A stretch of DNA of 38,681 bases from a virus (IMGVR_UViG_3300005470_000011:1-38681); one strand, 5' to 3'; shown: positions 17,101 to 27,729, numbered from the stretch's first letter. Numbers and translations: made by a program. Notes: generated by a model from the letters alone, not told the origin.

Positions 17101-17399
17101 TAGTTTACTCCTTCTGTATTATCTGGCGTTCCATTATTATCATAGCCATGAGTATGCGATGTGTAGCTCTCAGCATTTAAAGTACCATTAGCATTAAAAG
17201 TTATACCTAGCACATTAGCTATCGCACTAATAGCATTTTGGTTAATTGTAATAGCGTCAAAGTCAGACTGGCTAATAGAGTCTAGTAGTGATTTATTACT
17301 ATGGGTATGAGAGACTGTAGCAGCACTTGAGGCTCTCATTAAAGCTCTTTTAACCTTCTTAGGGCTTACCGCGCCAGTAATACCGAATTGTCCAGCCAC
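17100..17399 (-). CDS. Small tail-fibre-like virion protein
   Basis: HTHSNKSLLDSI and HTH (HxH) motifs common in fibre proteins; GTG start. Confidence 0.5.
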   Translation of the reverse strand: MAGQFGITGAVSPKKVKRALMRASSAATVSHTHSNKSLLDSISQSDFDAITINQNAISAIANVLGITFNANGTLNAESYTSHTHGYDNNGTPDNTEGVN

Positions 17400-17403
17400 T
17401 TTA

Positions 17404-17760
17404 CTACCCTACCCATCTAGCTTTATGTTCTCTCGAATCAACATGAGTTCTACCTTTATACAAGCCTAAGCCTAAAGTATCTGAATATTTGTCATCTAAG
17501 TAGCTATATACTTCATTCTCATGAACACCCTCGACTACAAAATCTGCAGCTTTTGCTAAAACATGCTTAGAGCCTTGGCTACCACCAACTGCTTTATTGT
17601 GTTTGACACATCTACAGCCTGAATTAATTTTGATAGGTTTCATAAAATGGTCTCTAACATCCTGAAGTATTTCTACTAACTTAACATCAACTGTATCAAA
17701 CCCACAACCACATTGACAAGCAAATTCTTGTCTATTAAAGTTTTTACTTATTTTCCCCAT
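17404..17760 (-). CDS. Endolysin, peptidase M15A family
   Basis: EFACQCGCG, SGCRC..HN..VGG...SKH...AAD, HVD. Confidence 0.92.
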   Translation of the reverse strand: MGKISKNFNRQEFACQCGCGFDTVDVKLVEILQDVRDHFMKPIKINSGCRCVKHNKAVGGSQGSKHVLAKAADFVVEGVHENEVYSYLDDKYSDTLGLGLYKGRTHVDSREHKARWVG

Positions 17761-17774
17761 TACTTTCCCTCAAC

Positions 17775-20066
17775 TTAACTCATTGAATATATCGTATTAT
17801 TAATTATATTTTCATCTCCATTTGATGATGACATAGTATAGTCTTGATTTTCCATACCCGTTTCAAAATATACTTTAAATCTACCAGTAGCAGTCCTAAC
17901 AACATCACTAACATTAAAACTATCCCTAATAGTAGGTGGTGTAGTAGTCCCATCAAAATTAACCCAAGCTGTACAAGCATTTTTACCTTTAAACTCTCCA
18001 TTAGTAATTACATCACCACCTACTTCAAGACTACCTTCAACTACTTCTAATGGTATATCTGATTCTAGTAAATCAACTGGTGTTTCAGAAGCTACTAGAA
18101 CTTTATCTTGCAAGAATGATACTTGTGTTGTTAGTTCTGTATCTAGTGTTGCTCTTAATTCGTAAGATGTTACAGCACCCACAACACTTGTACCAGCACT
18201 AGCGGGCTTCAATGTAATATAAACACTATCATATCCATTTATATCGAATTCAATATCCCCTACACTATATACTGTATTACTAATCTCTACTCCCCCAGAT
18301 GTAGTACCTAAGAATATCCTAAAAGACCCAGTAGTATCAGATAGTAATTTAATTTTTACCTTAGTTGTTTTTGTTGCATCTAGTGTTAGTAACTGTGATA
18401 CCATCTCTGTATTTCCACCGGCATCTCTTGATAGTGTTATAGTATTCCCAGTAACATTTGAAGCATCTACTGATTCTGTACCAGATGAAACATCAGTCCA
18501 CCCAGTAATTCCATTACTCCAATCTCCATTAGCAACTAACTCTCCACCAGTCGTACTCCATAAGCTACCATCATTCAATACTAATCTATTATCATCAGCA
18601 TCTACTTTATTATATAATCCTATATTAGGTTTCTCATCATAGAAACTAAAGTTATTTAACTCATCTTTAGCTACATACTTAATCCCATCACTAACTCCAG
18701 TAAAGTCTATGCTTCCAGTAAATGTATCTGAGCTTCTTAAGTATCCTGAACTACCTTTACCTTTTGGGTATGTGAATGTAGCATTTGTTAAGTTTAATAC
18801 TGACCCATCTACTGCGTAGTTGAATGTTGGGTCTTGTGTAGATGCTATTTGGTTGTTGTATTGAACTAAAGTTACCTCAATGTCAGATAGATTAAGTCGA
18901 ATGTTTTTATCAAATCCTCTTACATAATCATTTACATACCAACTACCAGTTGAGCTAGTAATCTTATTTATTATTCTAACAACTTTACCATTATGCTTTT
19001 CTACAATAAAGATATATGTTTGTCCTCCAAACCATGTATCAGCAGTAAACAAGTAATTACCATCTTTATCATATATAGGAGTATCTACAGTTGAGCTTGT
19101 TTGTGCTTGTATAATCTCTTTAGTTTCTGAATTAGCGAAACCATATGAGATGTAAGAGTTATTATTAGTATTAGTTGTACTATTTATTGTTCCAGTAATT
19201 ATACTATAGTCTTCTGTAGATAAAGGAAAATAACCAGAAAGTGTAGATATAGCAGATGTTGTATATGTCATATATTTGTCTACACCAAAAGCATTACCAA
19301 AAATGTTCCAATCATTAGTACCATCTAAATTCTTAACCTCTATATAATCCAACTTAATCCCCAACGGATTAGGTATTTGATGTCCTGCTACTCCACTACC
19401 TTGATACATAGTCATAACTTCTCTAGTAACTGGATTATATGCTGTGATATATCTTTTACCTTGATTTGTTAATCCCCATTTTATATGAGTGTAGAGTGTT
19501 TGGTGAAGGATGTAGGTATCGTTTAGGTTGTTTGTATTAGCATTATTTGTTAAAGATACACCAGTGGCTGTAAAACTATTTAAAAACAAGTTAGTAGTAT
19601 CTTCAGCATTAGTTGATGATGTAGTTATTGAGGAATCTACACCTCTTAACCCATCAAGTGTTCTGTGCTGTGAAGTTTGTGACCTACTCTTAATATGTAC
19701 CTTACTAACATTAACAACGCACTCACCACTTTCAATAATAGTACCAGCATCATTTTTTACTATACAATCACCAGCTACTCTATCGTGGTAGAATCCACTA
19801 CCATTAACTGCTACTGTGAAGTCTACTGATGATATACCAGTCAATACGTCCCATGTACCATCTCCATTATCTACCATCACACCAGCCTCAGCTGTTTGTC
19901 CAGTATAAGTAACATTAGCATTAGCTTTAGTTAATACCGTATTACTTATAGCATTTGTTCCATCTACTTGTGTATAGCTTGTACTTGTAGATACTGACTC
20001 TGGTATATTTCCAATCTCTGTTCTAACTGTGTTAAACTCTTGTGCTATTCTTGTTGCTAAACTCAT
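17775..20066 (-). CDS. Tail fibre / receptor-binding protein
   Basis: Thr/Ser/Gly-rich beta structure, YQGSG repeats, ELVANGDW carbohydrate-binding-like module, C-terminal AWVNFDG...SFNVS domain. Confidence 0.8.
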   Translation of the reverse strand: MSLATRIAQEFNTVRTEIGNIPESVSTSTSYTQVDGTNAISNTVLTKANANVTYTGQTAEAGVMVDNGDGTWDVLTGISSVDFTVAVNGSGFYHDRVAGDCIVKNDAGTIIESGECVVNVSKVHIKSRSQTSQHRTLDGLRGVDSSITTSSTNAEDTTNLFLNSFTATGVSLTNNANTNNLNDTYILHQTLYTHIKWGLTNQGKRYITAYNPVTREVMTMYQGSGVAGHQIPNPLGIKLDYIEVKNLDGTNDWNIFGNAFGVDKYMTYTTSAISTLSGYFPLSTEDYSIITGTINSTTNTNNNSYISYGFANSETKEIIQAQTSSTVDTPIYDKDGNYLFTADTWFGGQTYIFIVEKHNGKVVRIINKITSSTGSWYVNDYVRGFDKNIRLNLSDIEVTLVQYNNQIASTQDPTFNYAVDGSVLNLTNATFTYPKGKGSSGYLRSSDTFTGSIDFTGVSDGIKYVAKDELNNFSFYDEKPNIGLYNKVDADDNRLVLNDGSLWSTTGGELVANGDWSNGITGWTDVSSGTESVDASNVTGNTITLSRDAGGNTEMVSQLLTLDATKTTKVKIKLLSDTTGSFRIFLGTTSGGVEISNTVYSVGDIEFDINGYDSVYITLKPASAGTSVVGAVTSYELRATLDTELTTQVSFLQDKVLVASETPVDLLESDIPLEVVEGSLEVGGDVITNGEFKGKNACTAWVNFDGTTTPPTIRDSFNVSDVVRTATGRFKVYFETGMENQDYTMSSSNGDENIINNTIYSMS

Positions 20067-21196
20067 GTTAATGCTCCTTCAAAATCTACAACTGTTCCTA
20101 TATTATTAAAATCTTCTAAATAATAATTTTCATCTACTGTGCTAACTCTTACCATTAATGTTCCACTAGTGTGTGAATTAACAACAAAGGCTATTGGTGT
20201 TGCAACTCCACTTGTTGGTTTTATACTAGTTAAAGCGCCACCTGCTATTGGATACAATATATCTCCATCACTAAACGAAGATGTATCAATACCTCTAATC
20301 TTACCAAGCATTGTTGCTTTGTTGTCCTCACCATCTGGCATATCTACGGTAGCTAATCCTAGTATAGTTTTTGCTGGGCTTGTTCCATCATAAGGTGATA
20401 CAGTTATCCTACCACTATTGCCTATCGAGCCAGTAGCCATCAATACTGTTCCATTAGCAATATCTGCTTCAGATGTATTCCTAACATTAATATGTATTTC
20501 TTGTCCTAACTGTAGAATAGCTCCATCATTAACTAAGTCTACTGTTTCTTCATCTGCGTTCCAAGACATCGTACCTTGTGTTCCATTACCGCCTGAAAAC
20601 TGTAAACTATCAACTATGATATCCTGCTGAGTAGCAAATCCTGAAGCCTTAGCTGCCCAATGTAATGCACTAAAGTCGGTGGTTGTAGTTGGTGTAAATG
20701 TACCATCACCATTTGAAGTATATATAATAACATACTCGTCTTCTGGTTGAGTAGCATAGCTTATAGCAGTCATTTTAGCTGCTATAGCATCATACATACT
20801 TTCAGTTGCTGTAGCAGCATTATCAGCTGCAGCTAACACTTCATCTATATTAGGCACTACATTATCAGCTATTGAAACTAGCTTAACAAGCTGTGCATTA
20901 ATACTTAACAGGCTAGTTAATTCTGATTGAACTTGTAAAACCTCAGTTAAACTACCAGCAACAGAAACAACTCCTGTAATATCATCTGCAACTATTGTAA
21001 TGTTAGGGTAATTATCTTTAAGTAAATTAACTTGCTCAGCTAATGTTGTTGCCTCGTCAAAAGGTAAATTACCTGCGTTAATCTTCGTTACTGTAACAAC
21101 TTGGCTATTTCTAGTTTGTTGTTCTGTACCTTCTCCTACTAATAAGTCTTCTAGACCTACAGTATTTCTGTATAATTTTTTTATTGCATCACTCAT
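20063..21196 (-). CDS. Tail fibre / appendage protein
   Basis: N-terminal anchor GLEDLLVGEG..QTR, SALHWAAKA, C-terminal beta domain. Confidence 0.7.
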   Translation of the reverse strand: MSDAIKKLYRNTVGLEDLLVGEGTEQQTRNSQVVTVTKINAGNLPFDEATTLAEQVNLLKDNYPNITIVADDITGVVSVAGSLTEVLQVQSELTSLLSINAQLVKLVSIADNVVPNIDEVLAAADNAATATESMYDAIAAKMTAISYATQPEDEYVIIYTSNGDGTFTPTTTTDFSALHWAAKASGFATQQDIIVDSLQFSGGNGTQGTMSWNADEETVDLVNDGAILQLGQEIHINVRNTSEADIANGTVLMATGSIGNSGRITVSPYDGTSPAKTILGLATVDMPDGEDNKATMLGKIRGIDTSSFSDGDILYPIAGGALTSIKPTSGVATPIAFVVNSHTSGTLMVRVSTVDENYYLEDFNNIGTVVDFEGALT

Positions 21197-21198
21197 AA

Positions 21199-22044
21199 TT
21201 AAAATCCTGTTCTATAAGGTAATTCTTCTGATTTCACTGTTTGGTGATTACTAGAAACTCTACCTTTATTTTCTTTAAGCTCTTTAGCATATTTATTAAG
21301 TAATAATGAGCCTTTTTGTATATTTTCATTTCTATTATCATCTAATAAGGCTGTTCCTGCTACATAATATACCAATGTAGTTAAATATGAATCAGGTAAA
21401 TCAACTTCATCGGTTACTACATAAGAATCAGTAACTATCAAATCAGGTATAGCATAATAATTAAGCTCCATAGTGATAAAAGTATCAGATAATGATAAGA
21501 TAGGCTGTAAATTCTCTATCTCGTCTTCATCATAGATATTTTCTGGATTTACATAGTCTTCTAAATCTACACTTGTAATTAATCCATATAAACTATCGTT
21601 TGGCACATTAGGAATATCAACTAATAGAGTACCTTCTGTGTTATTATTTATAGCTTCATAATCTGTTGAAGCTTCTTCTAATAAGGGATATAATTTAAGC
21701 TCTCTAGGAGATAATAAATCGTAAACTATAGCTAGTATCTTTTCTCCTGTCTTATATTCCCACTTATTATATAGCTTATCCATCTCTCTATGTGTATATA
21801 AAGGAACATTTTGCTGTTCTATTCTAATTCTATTAACCTTTAAAAAGTTAATATCAGGTATTGTAACTACTTTAGTAAATGGTACAATAGGTAAGGTCAT
21901 ATTTTTCTTTTTTACCCAAGCATTTCTACCTAAGTCATCTAAGCCTTCATTAATAAGTTCAACAAGTCTGTCATTAGTGAATTTTCTAGCACTAGTATCA
22001 CCAATTTTCGGTCTGACCTTATTAATAATGGTTTGTATTGTCAT
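21199..22044 (-). CDS. Head-tail adaptor protein
   Basis: TIQTIINKVR..IGD...FTNDRLVELINEG N-terminus, LP......LVYY C-terminus; position after the capsid genes. Confidence 0.75.
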   Translation of the reverse strand: MTIQTIINKVRPKIGDTSARKFTNDRLVELINEGLDDLGRNAWVKKKNMTLPIVPFTKVVTIPDINFLKVNRIRIEQQNVPLYTHREMDKLYNKWEYKTGEKILAIVYDLLSPRELKLYPLLEEASTDYEAINNNTEGTLLVDIPNVPNDSLYGLITSVDLEDYVNPENIYDEDEIENLQPILSLSDTFITMELNYYAIPDLIVTDSYVVTDEVDLPDSYLTTLVYYVAGTALLDDNRNENIQKGSLLLNKYAKELKENKGRVSSNHQTVKSEELPYRTGF

Positions 22045-22055
22045 AATATATCCTT

Positions 22056-22074
22056 AAAATGAGTGAAACACTCA
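22056..22074 (-). terminator. Putative rho-independent terminator after the capsid genes
   Basis: Minus strand TGAGTG-TTT-CACTCA-TTTT. Confidence 0.55.
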
Positions 22075-22078
22075 CAGA

Positions 22079-22498
22079 TTACTCTGTGAATGCTCCATCA
22101 TATCCTGTTCTTTCTACGAAAGTGACAATAACTTCAGCTTTACCTTTAGTAGCACTAACAATAGTTGGAGTTACAGTAACATCTGTAATTGCCTCAACTG
22201 CTATAGGTGTCTCATACTGAGTATCAACTCCTGTACTAGATAAATCTGCATCATTATGAGTAGTTGTACTACCTACAATAATATCTGCTGTTGGTGTTGT
22301 ACCATCAAAAGCTTCTGTAACAACTAAATCAACTGATAAAATCAGTGAGTCAGCTGGAACAGATGCAACTTTATAAACATCACCAGATACCATGTCTCCA
22401 TATCCAGAAGGAAGAGTGAATCCAATCTTACCTACTGTTGCTCTGATTTTGTTTTTCTTTTTATTTCCATCGTATTCTACGATATTAACATCTGCCAT
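22079..22498 (-). CDS. Capsid decoration / minor capsid protein
   Basis: Directly after the MCP; VP....I....L.VTEAFDG beta-rich pattern. Confidence 0.6.
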   Translation of the reverse strand: MADVNIVEYDGNKKKNKIRATVGKIGFTLPSGYGDMVSGDVYKVASVPADSLILSVDLVVTEAFDGTTPTADIIVGSTTTHNDADLSSTGVDTQYETPIAVEAITDVTVTPTIVSATKGKAEVIVTFVERTGYDGAFTE

Positions 22499-22508
22499 AC
22501 TTTACTCC

Positions 22509-23651
22509 TTACACAATTGCTGTTTTATATGTATCAAACGCAAATAATGAGTAATCCATAGATGAAATTTTAGCATCATCATAATCCTCAACTTCTGCAG
22601 TTAACTCACATTTTTTAGCCTGCCACCATAACTCAAGACCAGATTCAGATACTCTTCCAAAATCTTGTGAAGGCTGGAATTTATAATCTGGCATCATACC
22701 AAAAGCTTCTTGAAATGCTCCAGCACCAACAATAAAACCTCTATTTGCAACTACACCAGCTTGAGTAGTTTTTGTACCACTAAAAGTTCCAGCTTCATCT
22801 ATCGTTCTAAGACCTGAAATCTCAACAGACTGACCAAATAATTGGTTATGCTTAGACATACCAAAGAATACACCAGCTTCCATAATAACAAGGTTACCTA
22901 CTTCAGCAATTGCATGAGTAATTAATTCGTTTCCATTACCACTAACTTGTGCATTTTGGTAAATTGATTGGAATTTAGTATCTTGTAAAAGGTCTTTGAT
23001 TTGGTGACTGTTTAGAACAGCAATCCATTTTCTCTTACCATTTGCAAATTTAAAAGGCTTAATTGGAGCTCTTCTTGTAGAACCTATTTCACCAGTTTTA
23101 GCTGCATTTTCCATTTCAACTAAGAAATCCCAAGTCATTGTATCAGTTGTTGTTAAATCAGCAACAGTTGCTCTACCACCAGCTCTTAAAATGTGTGTTG
23201 GTGTTTCATCTCTTAAATAACCTGTACCTAAGTCAAAAAATACTTGGTCATTTGCTCTTATGTTATTATCAGCTAATAACTCTCTAGAATCTTCATGCTC
23301 AGCAAGGTCCATATCACCTATTTCTGCGGCATTAAATTTTCTACCATTATCTATTGTATAGATACCTTCTTCAACTACTAACTTGTCAGAGAATTTAAGT
23401 TTAGCTTTTGCATTACCAAATGCTTCCTCAGAACCTCTAAAACCAGCAGAAGCATGATTACCTCTATAATCAAAAACAACTGTCATACCGTCTCCGGCAG
23501 CCATATCTTTCTTTTGATAGATAACTGAATCAGCAGAATTACCTTTTAATCCGTTCCAGAAAGATTCAGATTTTTTCTGAATCATTCCTTGAACCATCCA
23601 AGACTTTCTTTCTAATTCGTTACCATATCTTAAAACACTTGTATTTTCCAT
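22509..23651 (-). CDS. Major capsid protein (N4 gp56 / DUF4043-like)
   Basis: 380 aa, follows the scaffold, GD.V.F, GSEEA.GN, QIKDL..D, DFG motifs. Confidence 0.85.
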   Translation of the reverse strand: MENTSVLRYGNELERKSWMVQGMIQKKSESFWNGLKGNSADSVIYQKKDMAAGDGMTVVFDYRGNHASAGFRGSEEAFGNAKAKLKFSDKLVVEEGIYTIDNGRKFNAAEIGDMDLAEHEDSRELLADNNIRANDQVFFDLGTGYLRDETPTHILRAGGRATVADLTTTDTMTWDFLVEMENAAKTGEIGSTRRAPIKPFKFANGKRKWIAVLNSHQIKDLLQDTKFQSIYQNAQVSGNGNELITHAIAEVGNLVIMEAGVFFGMSKHNQLFGQSVEISGLRTIDEAGTFSGTKTTQAGVVANRGFIVGAGAFQEAFGMMPDYKFQPSQDFGRVSESGLELWWQAKKCELTAEVEDYDDAKISSMDYSLFAFDTYKTAIV

Positions 23652-23662
23652 ACTCTATTCCT

Positions 23663-24373
23663 TTAAAATATAATTTCGCTATTATTATAGCTTTCAGCGA
23701 CTGACTGTTTAACGGCCTCTTTACCAGGTCTCTGTGAACCTCTAGTATTACCTAGTTTATCTTTTGACCCTTCTGGAGGCTGTTTAAAAGTCGCCCCTCC
23801 AACTAAAAGACTTTGTGCACGCTTTCGAAAATCTTCTTCAGATATTTCGCCGTCAACTAATTGATTAATCATTCTAGGTGGAAGTTGGTCAAGAACTTGG
23901 CCATCCAGTAGATTTATATCAGAGTTAGTTTCTGAGAAATTCTTTAGAATCTCTTCTCTAGTACTTTGCACATGGTTCTTAGATGCTTCAGACCTCACTT
24001 GACTAAGGCCCTCAGATATGATGTTATCAAACTCAGATTTCTTAGACTTTTCAAGTTCATCAACTTTACGTCTCCAAGTATCTGGGTCATTCATCTTCAG
24101 CTCTTCTAATTCTTCATTCTGAGCCAGAGAAAGATTTAATCCTTTCTGCAGCTGTTCATGCAAGAAGGTCTTCTCCGCTTCTACTTCTTTAAGTCTTTGA
24201 GACCTTTCAGTAAATGAAGCTTGTGTTTCTCTTCTACCGAACTCAGTTTTAGCTAACTCATCTAAAAGAGCATTGTTCTCGGTGTCTTTTATGCCATGCT
24301 TCTCAGCAATTTGTTTCTTTATACCTTGAATAAGCTCTTGCTTCTGTTCAGGAGTCTCGTAAGTAATTCCCAT
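23663..24373 (-). CDS. Capsid scaffolding protein
   Basis: Charged coiled coil upstream of the MCP, RRETQASFT motif. Confidence 0.7.
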   Translation of the reverse strand: MGITYETPEQKQELIQGIKKQIAEKHGIKDTENNALLDELAKTEFGRRETQASFTERSQRLKEVEAEKTFLHEQLQKGLNLSLAQNEELEELKMNDPDTWRRKVDELEKSKKSEFDNIISEGLSQVRSEASKNHVQSTREEILKNFSETNSDINLLDGQVLDQLPPRMINQLVDGEISEEDFRKRAQSLLVGGATFKQPPEGSKDKLGNTRGSQRPGKEAVKQSVAESYNNSEIIF

Positions 24374-24404
24374 TTTTAATCCTTTATTTTTATTAAATAA
24401 ATAT

Positions 24405-24436
24405 ATTATACCATATCTATTATTAATTCTTGCTTA
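24405..24436 (-). promoter_or_regulatory. Promoter for the scaffold/capsid operon
   Basis: TAAGCAAGAATTAATA-N10-TATAAT with extended TG. Confidence 0.75.
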
Positions 24437-24438
24437 AA

Positions 24439-25995
24439 CTATACAGCAAAACCGTCATTAGCGTAACTTATAGACCTTCGTTTCTTATGTCTTCCAAAGT
24501 CATTTATATTTCTTTCCTCCTGTTCTATAGATTTGTAAAGTGTTTTATTGTACGGTATACCTAATGCTGTATATCTTAAACTATCACAAGGGTTAGATGA
24601 CTCATCATGTAATGGTGTATTTAAAAATACCTGTAGTTTACTATCAAACTTCCATCTATAAACTTGAATAGCTCCGATGAGGTCTTTACAGTTTTCAGAA
24701 TCTATCTCACAAACTCTTAAAAATTGTCGTGTTGCATGAATACCATCATCTATGCTCTGTCTTTTCAGTACCTTAGCTCTAACCCCTAGCCTTCTAAACT
24801 CTTCTATTCTCGTTCTTCCTGTTTGTAGCTCTCTAACATTAGCATCATGAGGTAAAAGCACTTCACCTATTCTCACATTCAGCTGCTTAGCTATTTTATG
24901 CATAATATCAACATAGAAAGCTATATTCTCACCACTATTCTGATAGTGATATATAATTCGAGGTCTACCTTTATATATCTGTGTCCATATTAAGTCTGTT
25001 GAGTCATTAACACCTAAATCATATGATATAGTACACGGATAATTCGGTATAACAAGTTTTTCTTTAATTCTTTTCTCTTTAAATAATAAGTCATACTCTT
25101 TCTTATATATCGTACCTTCCGTTGACTGTTCAAATGCCTCTTCCGGGTATGATGGGTATTCCCTTCTCATGTCTTCTCCAAGCTTACTCTCTTTTGCAGC
25201 ATACCACCACTTCTGAGTCTGTGTTAATTGCGTATTAAGCCTAGCCTCTAACATATTAAAGTACTCTGTTAACTCAGCCCCTACCTCTACTGGAGTATCT
25301 ATATTACAATCTGGGTCTTGTAACCAGCTCAGAAATATCGCCTCAAAATCAAACGGTGATAATTGTGTGCCTACCTGTGATTTTAAATAACTATCTTGCC
25401 AAGTGTCAAAGAATAACCCATATCTACCTTCTGCCGTTGATTCTATCGTTATCTTATTCCCTTTACCTACTGCCTCAAAAGCTCCAGTTTTTAGCTCTCT
25501 TGCCTTTTCAGGAAACTTAACTGCTATTTTACCTAGCTCTGATACGTGCAATCCTTGTAGTGTATCACCTCTAAAGTTACCTATCTTCAGCACTGACCCG
25601 TTACTAAAATGCATCCCCTCGCTATTGTTCTTCGTGAGTGATATACCTAATGCTGATTTAAACGCCTCTGGCAGCCCATCCCACATTATCTTCGCTCTCT
25701 GCGCTAGCTTCGCCGCCTCATCCCTACCATATGACTGTATACCAGCCGAGTAGTTAGCCGTAGTTATACAACTATCCATATAATATGCAATGTATAGTGT
25801 TGAGATACCCTGTTGCCTAGACTTGAGTATTATTTTACGTGGGTGTTTAAATTTCGTGAGAACCTGCCGCTGTGAATAGTTTAGCTTCATTATTCTCTTT
25901 TTATTATCCTTCGTAACTATCGTATAGAGATGATTCATTCTCCAGAGTTTACTTGTCAGGTTCTTTTTCTGTTCTGGTGTTAAGTGCATTAGCAA
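24439..25995 (-). CDS. terL: Terminase large subunit
   Basis: ILKSRQQGIST Walker A, LHVSE Walker B, ESTAEG, YDLG..D nuclease, HD..S...DSLRY. Confidence 0.95.
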   Translation of the reverse strand: MLMHLTPEQKKNLTSKLWRMNHLYTIVTKDNKKRIMKLNYSQRQVLTKFKHPRKIILKSRQQGISTLYIAYYMDSCITTANYSAGIQSYGRDEAAKLAQRAKIMWDGLPEAFKSALGISLTKNNSEGMHFSNGSVLKIGNFRGDTLQGLHVSELGKIAVKFPEKARELKTGAFEAVGKGNKITIESTAEGRYGLFFDTWQDSYLKSQVGTQLSPFDFEAIFLSWLQDPDCNIDTPVEVGAELTEYFNMLEARLNTQLTQTQKWWYAAKESKLGEDMRREYPSYPEEAFEQSTEGTIYKKEYDLLFKEKRIKEKLVIPNYPCTISYDLGVNDSTDLIWTQIYKGRPRIIYHYQNSGENIAFYVDIMHKIAKQLNVRIGEVLLPHDANVRELQTGRTRIEEFRRLGVRAKVLKRQSIDDGIHATRQFLRVCEIDSENCKDLIGAIQVYRWKFDSKLQVFLNTPLHDESSNPCDSLRYTALGIPYNKTLYKSIEQEERNINDFGRHKKRRSISYANDGFAV

Positions 25996-26567
25996 TCCTC
26001 CTCCGTATTATCGAGCAATACTGCTAACTCATTCTTATTACTATTATCAACATTCCCGTTTATAATATTAATCATCGGTGCCTGAGTGTTAAAATAACTA
26101 TCTCTTATCTGTACGTGAGCTGCTACGAGGTCCCTAACATCCTTCGCTGTTTCTATATCGCCCATCTGCTTATCTATTTCCCCTAGCAAGCCTAGCGCCT
26201 GTGTCTGTAATTTCGTGTCTAATAACCTTAACCCCTCAAACCCATCATTTAACTGTTTAACCTTCTGTGATGGATTCGAAACTACTTCACCACTAACTAT
26301 CTTATCTGCTGTTTCGTGGATTTCGAATTCTAGCTCTTCATCGCTCTTTTCCAAATCCTCTTCTATTTCTGGTGAGTATACTGTTTCGTAGAGTAGTTTA
26401 ATCTTTGTTGTGGTATCAAACCCTTTAGACCACTTAGTATATCCTTTTAAGTCTTTCTTCGTACAACTATATTTTTCACATAAACTATCTAGATGCTTTT
26501 GTTTGTTTAGCTCTGGTTCTGTGTGTTCAAATTCTGCTTTGATTATCTGCAATAATGCTTTAGTCAT
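25989..26567 (-). CDS. Putative terminase small subunit
   Basis: Immediately upstream of TerL and overlapping it; helical, 192 aa. Confidence 0.6.
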   Translation of the reverse strand: MTKALLQIIKAEFEHTEPELNKQKHLDSLCEKYSCTKKDLKGYTKWSKGFDTTTKIKLLYETVYSPEIEEDLEKSDEELEFEIHETADKIVSGEVVSNPSQKVKQLNDGFEGLRLLDTKLQTQALGLLGEIDKQMGDIETAKDVRDLVAAHVQIRDSYFNTQAPMINIINGNVDNSNKNELAVLLDNTEEDC

Positions 26568-26600
26568 TTGATGTCCTTATGGTAATATCAATTTTGTTAT

Positions 26601-26632
26601 ATTATATCTTTATTATTATTAAATCTAGCTTA
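26601..26632 (-). promoter_or_regulatory. Promoter for the terminase genes
   Basis: TAAGCTAGATTTAATA-N10-TATAAT. Confidence 0.75.
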
Positions 26633-26657
26633 GATGGTGTGGCTCTTTCTCATTTGC

Positions 26658-26788
26658 TTTGCTTAATTAATTTGGTATTTTTGTTATCTTCTTGGTTTAT
26701 TATTAATTTTGCTTAATTAATTAGGAAGCCGAATCTTTCTAGTTTTTATTATTAATTTTGCTTAATTAATTATGAAGCCTAATCTTTC
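26658..26788. repeat. Tandem ~49-bp direct repeats
   Basis: TTTATTATTAATTTTGCTTAATTAATTA(G/T)GAAGCC(G/T)AATCTTTC at 26696-26739 and 26745-26788, partial copy at 26658-26672. Confidence 0.85.
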
Positions 26789-27081
26789 ATTGGTACCATA
26801 TCCCAACGCTCGTTCTGTCTGGCGGCCTAGCCTTTGACCACCCGGGGCCTAATAACAAAGCAATAATAACATAATAAATTAAATATTAAAACACGAAGTT
26901 AATACAAAAATTTAAATAAAAATTAATATAAATTTAATAAAACTTTAATAATAAATAGTGTATACGCGCACGCACCCGTTCTATTAATGACGCGACGCGC
27001 GTGTGAATATCATAATAATTATTAAAAGTAGCTTAGACTTAACTTAGATTCGCATTAATTTAATTGATTAGTTCCGCCACC

Positions 27082-27201
27082 ATATTCTATTTTAATAAAT
27101 ACTAGGTTATAATACTATTATCAAAACGAGGTTGAGAGACTGGATTAAAAAGAAATTAATTAATCCGGCTAATAAAACTTTAAACTTTGTTACGATATAA
27201 T
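27082..27201 (+). promoter_or_regulatory. Two tandem early promoters
   Basis: TATAAT at 27108-27113 and 27196-27201, each with an upstream TTTAA tract at the conserved spacing. Confidence 0.6.
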
Positions 27202-27267
27202 GTTATAAGACAAGCGACGAAACGAAGGTTTCAACAAACTAAAGGTATTAACTGAAAAGGACCTAAA

Positions 27268-27729
27268 ATGACAAAAACTAAACTATACACAGAGATGACA
27301 GAACTATTAAGCAAATTTGAGGCGGATTTTAAATCTAAAAAACAATTTGAAGCATTTAAAAATGACATTGATAATTTAATCAAACCTAAGGCTGGGGGTG
27401 GTATTGTACAATTTCCTATGCAAACTATTGATGATATAAACTATCACTATTGTAGATACACTGAGTTTTACCTACCTGAATCAGAGATGGTTATGAGTAA
27501 AGAAAAATCTAAGGGTTATAGTAAAAAGGCTATTGCTAAATGGACTAAGGCCGGCAAAGAGGCTCAGGCACTTAATGATGAAGCTATGAAACTATTATTA
27601 AGCGGAGACACTGAGGCTGGTAAAATCAAAGCAAATGAAGCTGAGGACCTTAAACAGCTAAGAAATAAGGCTAAGTACTATGATGATGTTCGTGAAGCGT
27701 ATGAAGCTATTAAACTAGAGACTAAATAA
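27268..27729 (+). CDS. Early hypothetical protein, paralogue of 36150..36599
   Basis: AAGGA RBS; shared TK..L, P..GG, Cys and LLSG pattern. Confidence 0.75.
   Translation: MTKTKLYTEMTELLSKFEADFKSKKQFEAFKNDIDNLIKPKAGGGIVQFPMQTIDDINYHYCRYTEFYLPESEMVMSKEKSKGYSKKAIAKWTKAGKEAQALNDEAMKLLLSGDTEAGKIKANEAEDLKQLRNKAKYYDDVREAYEAIKLETK

Noticed and set aside
17775-20066. Diversity-generating retroelement or invertible tail-fibre system
   Set aside because: No reverse transcriptase, invertase or template repeat seen
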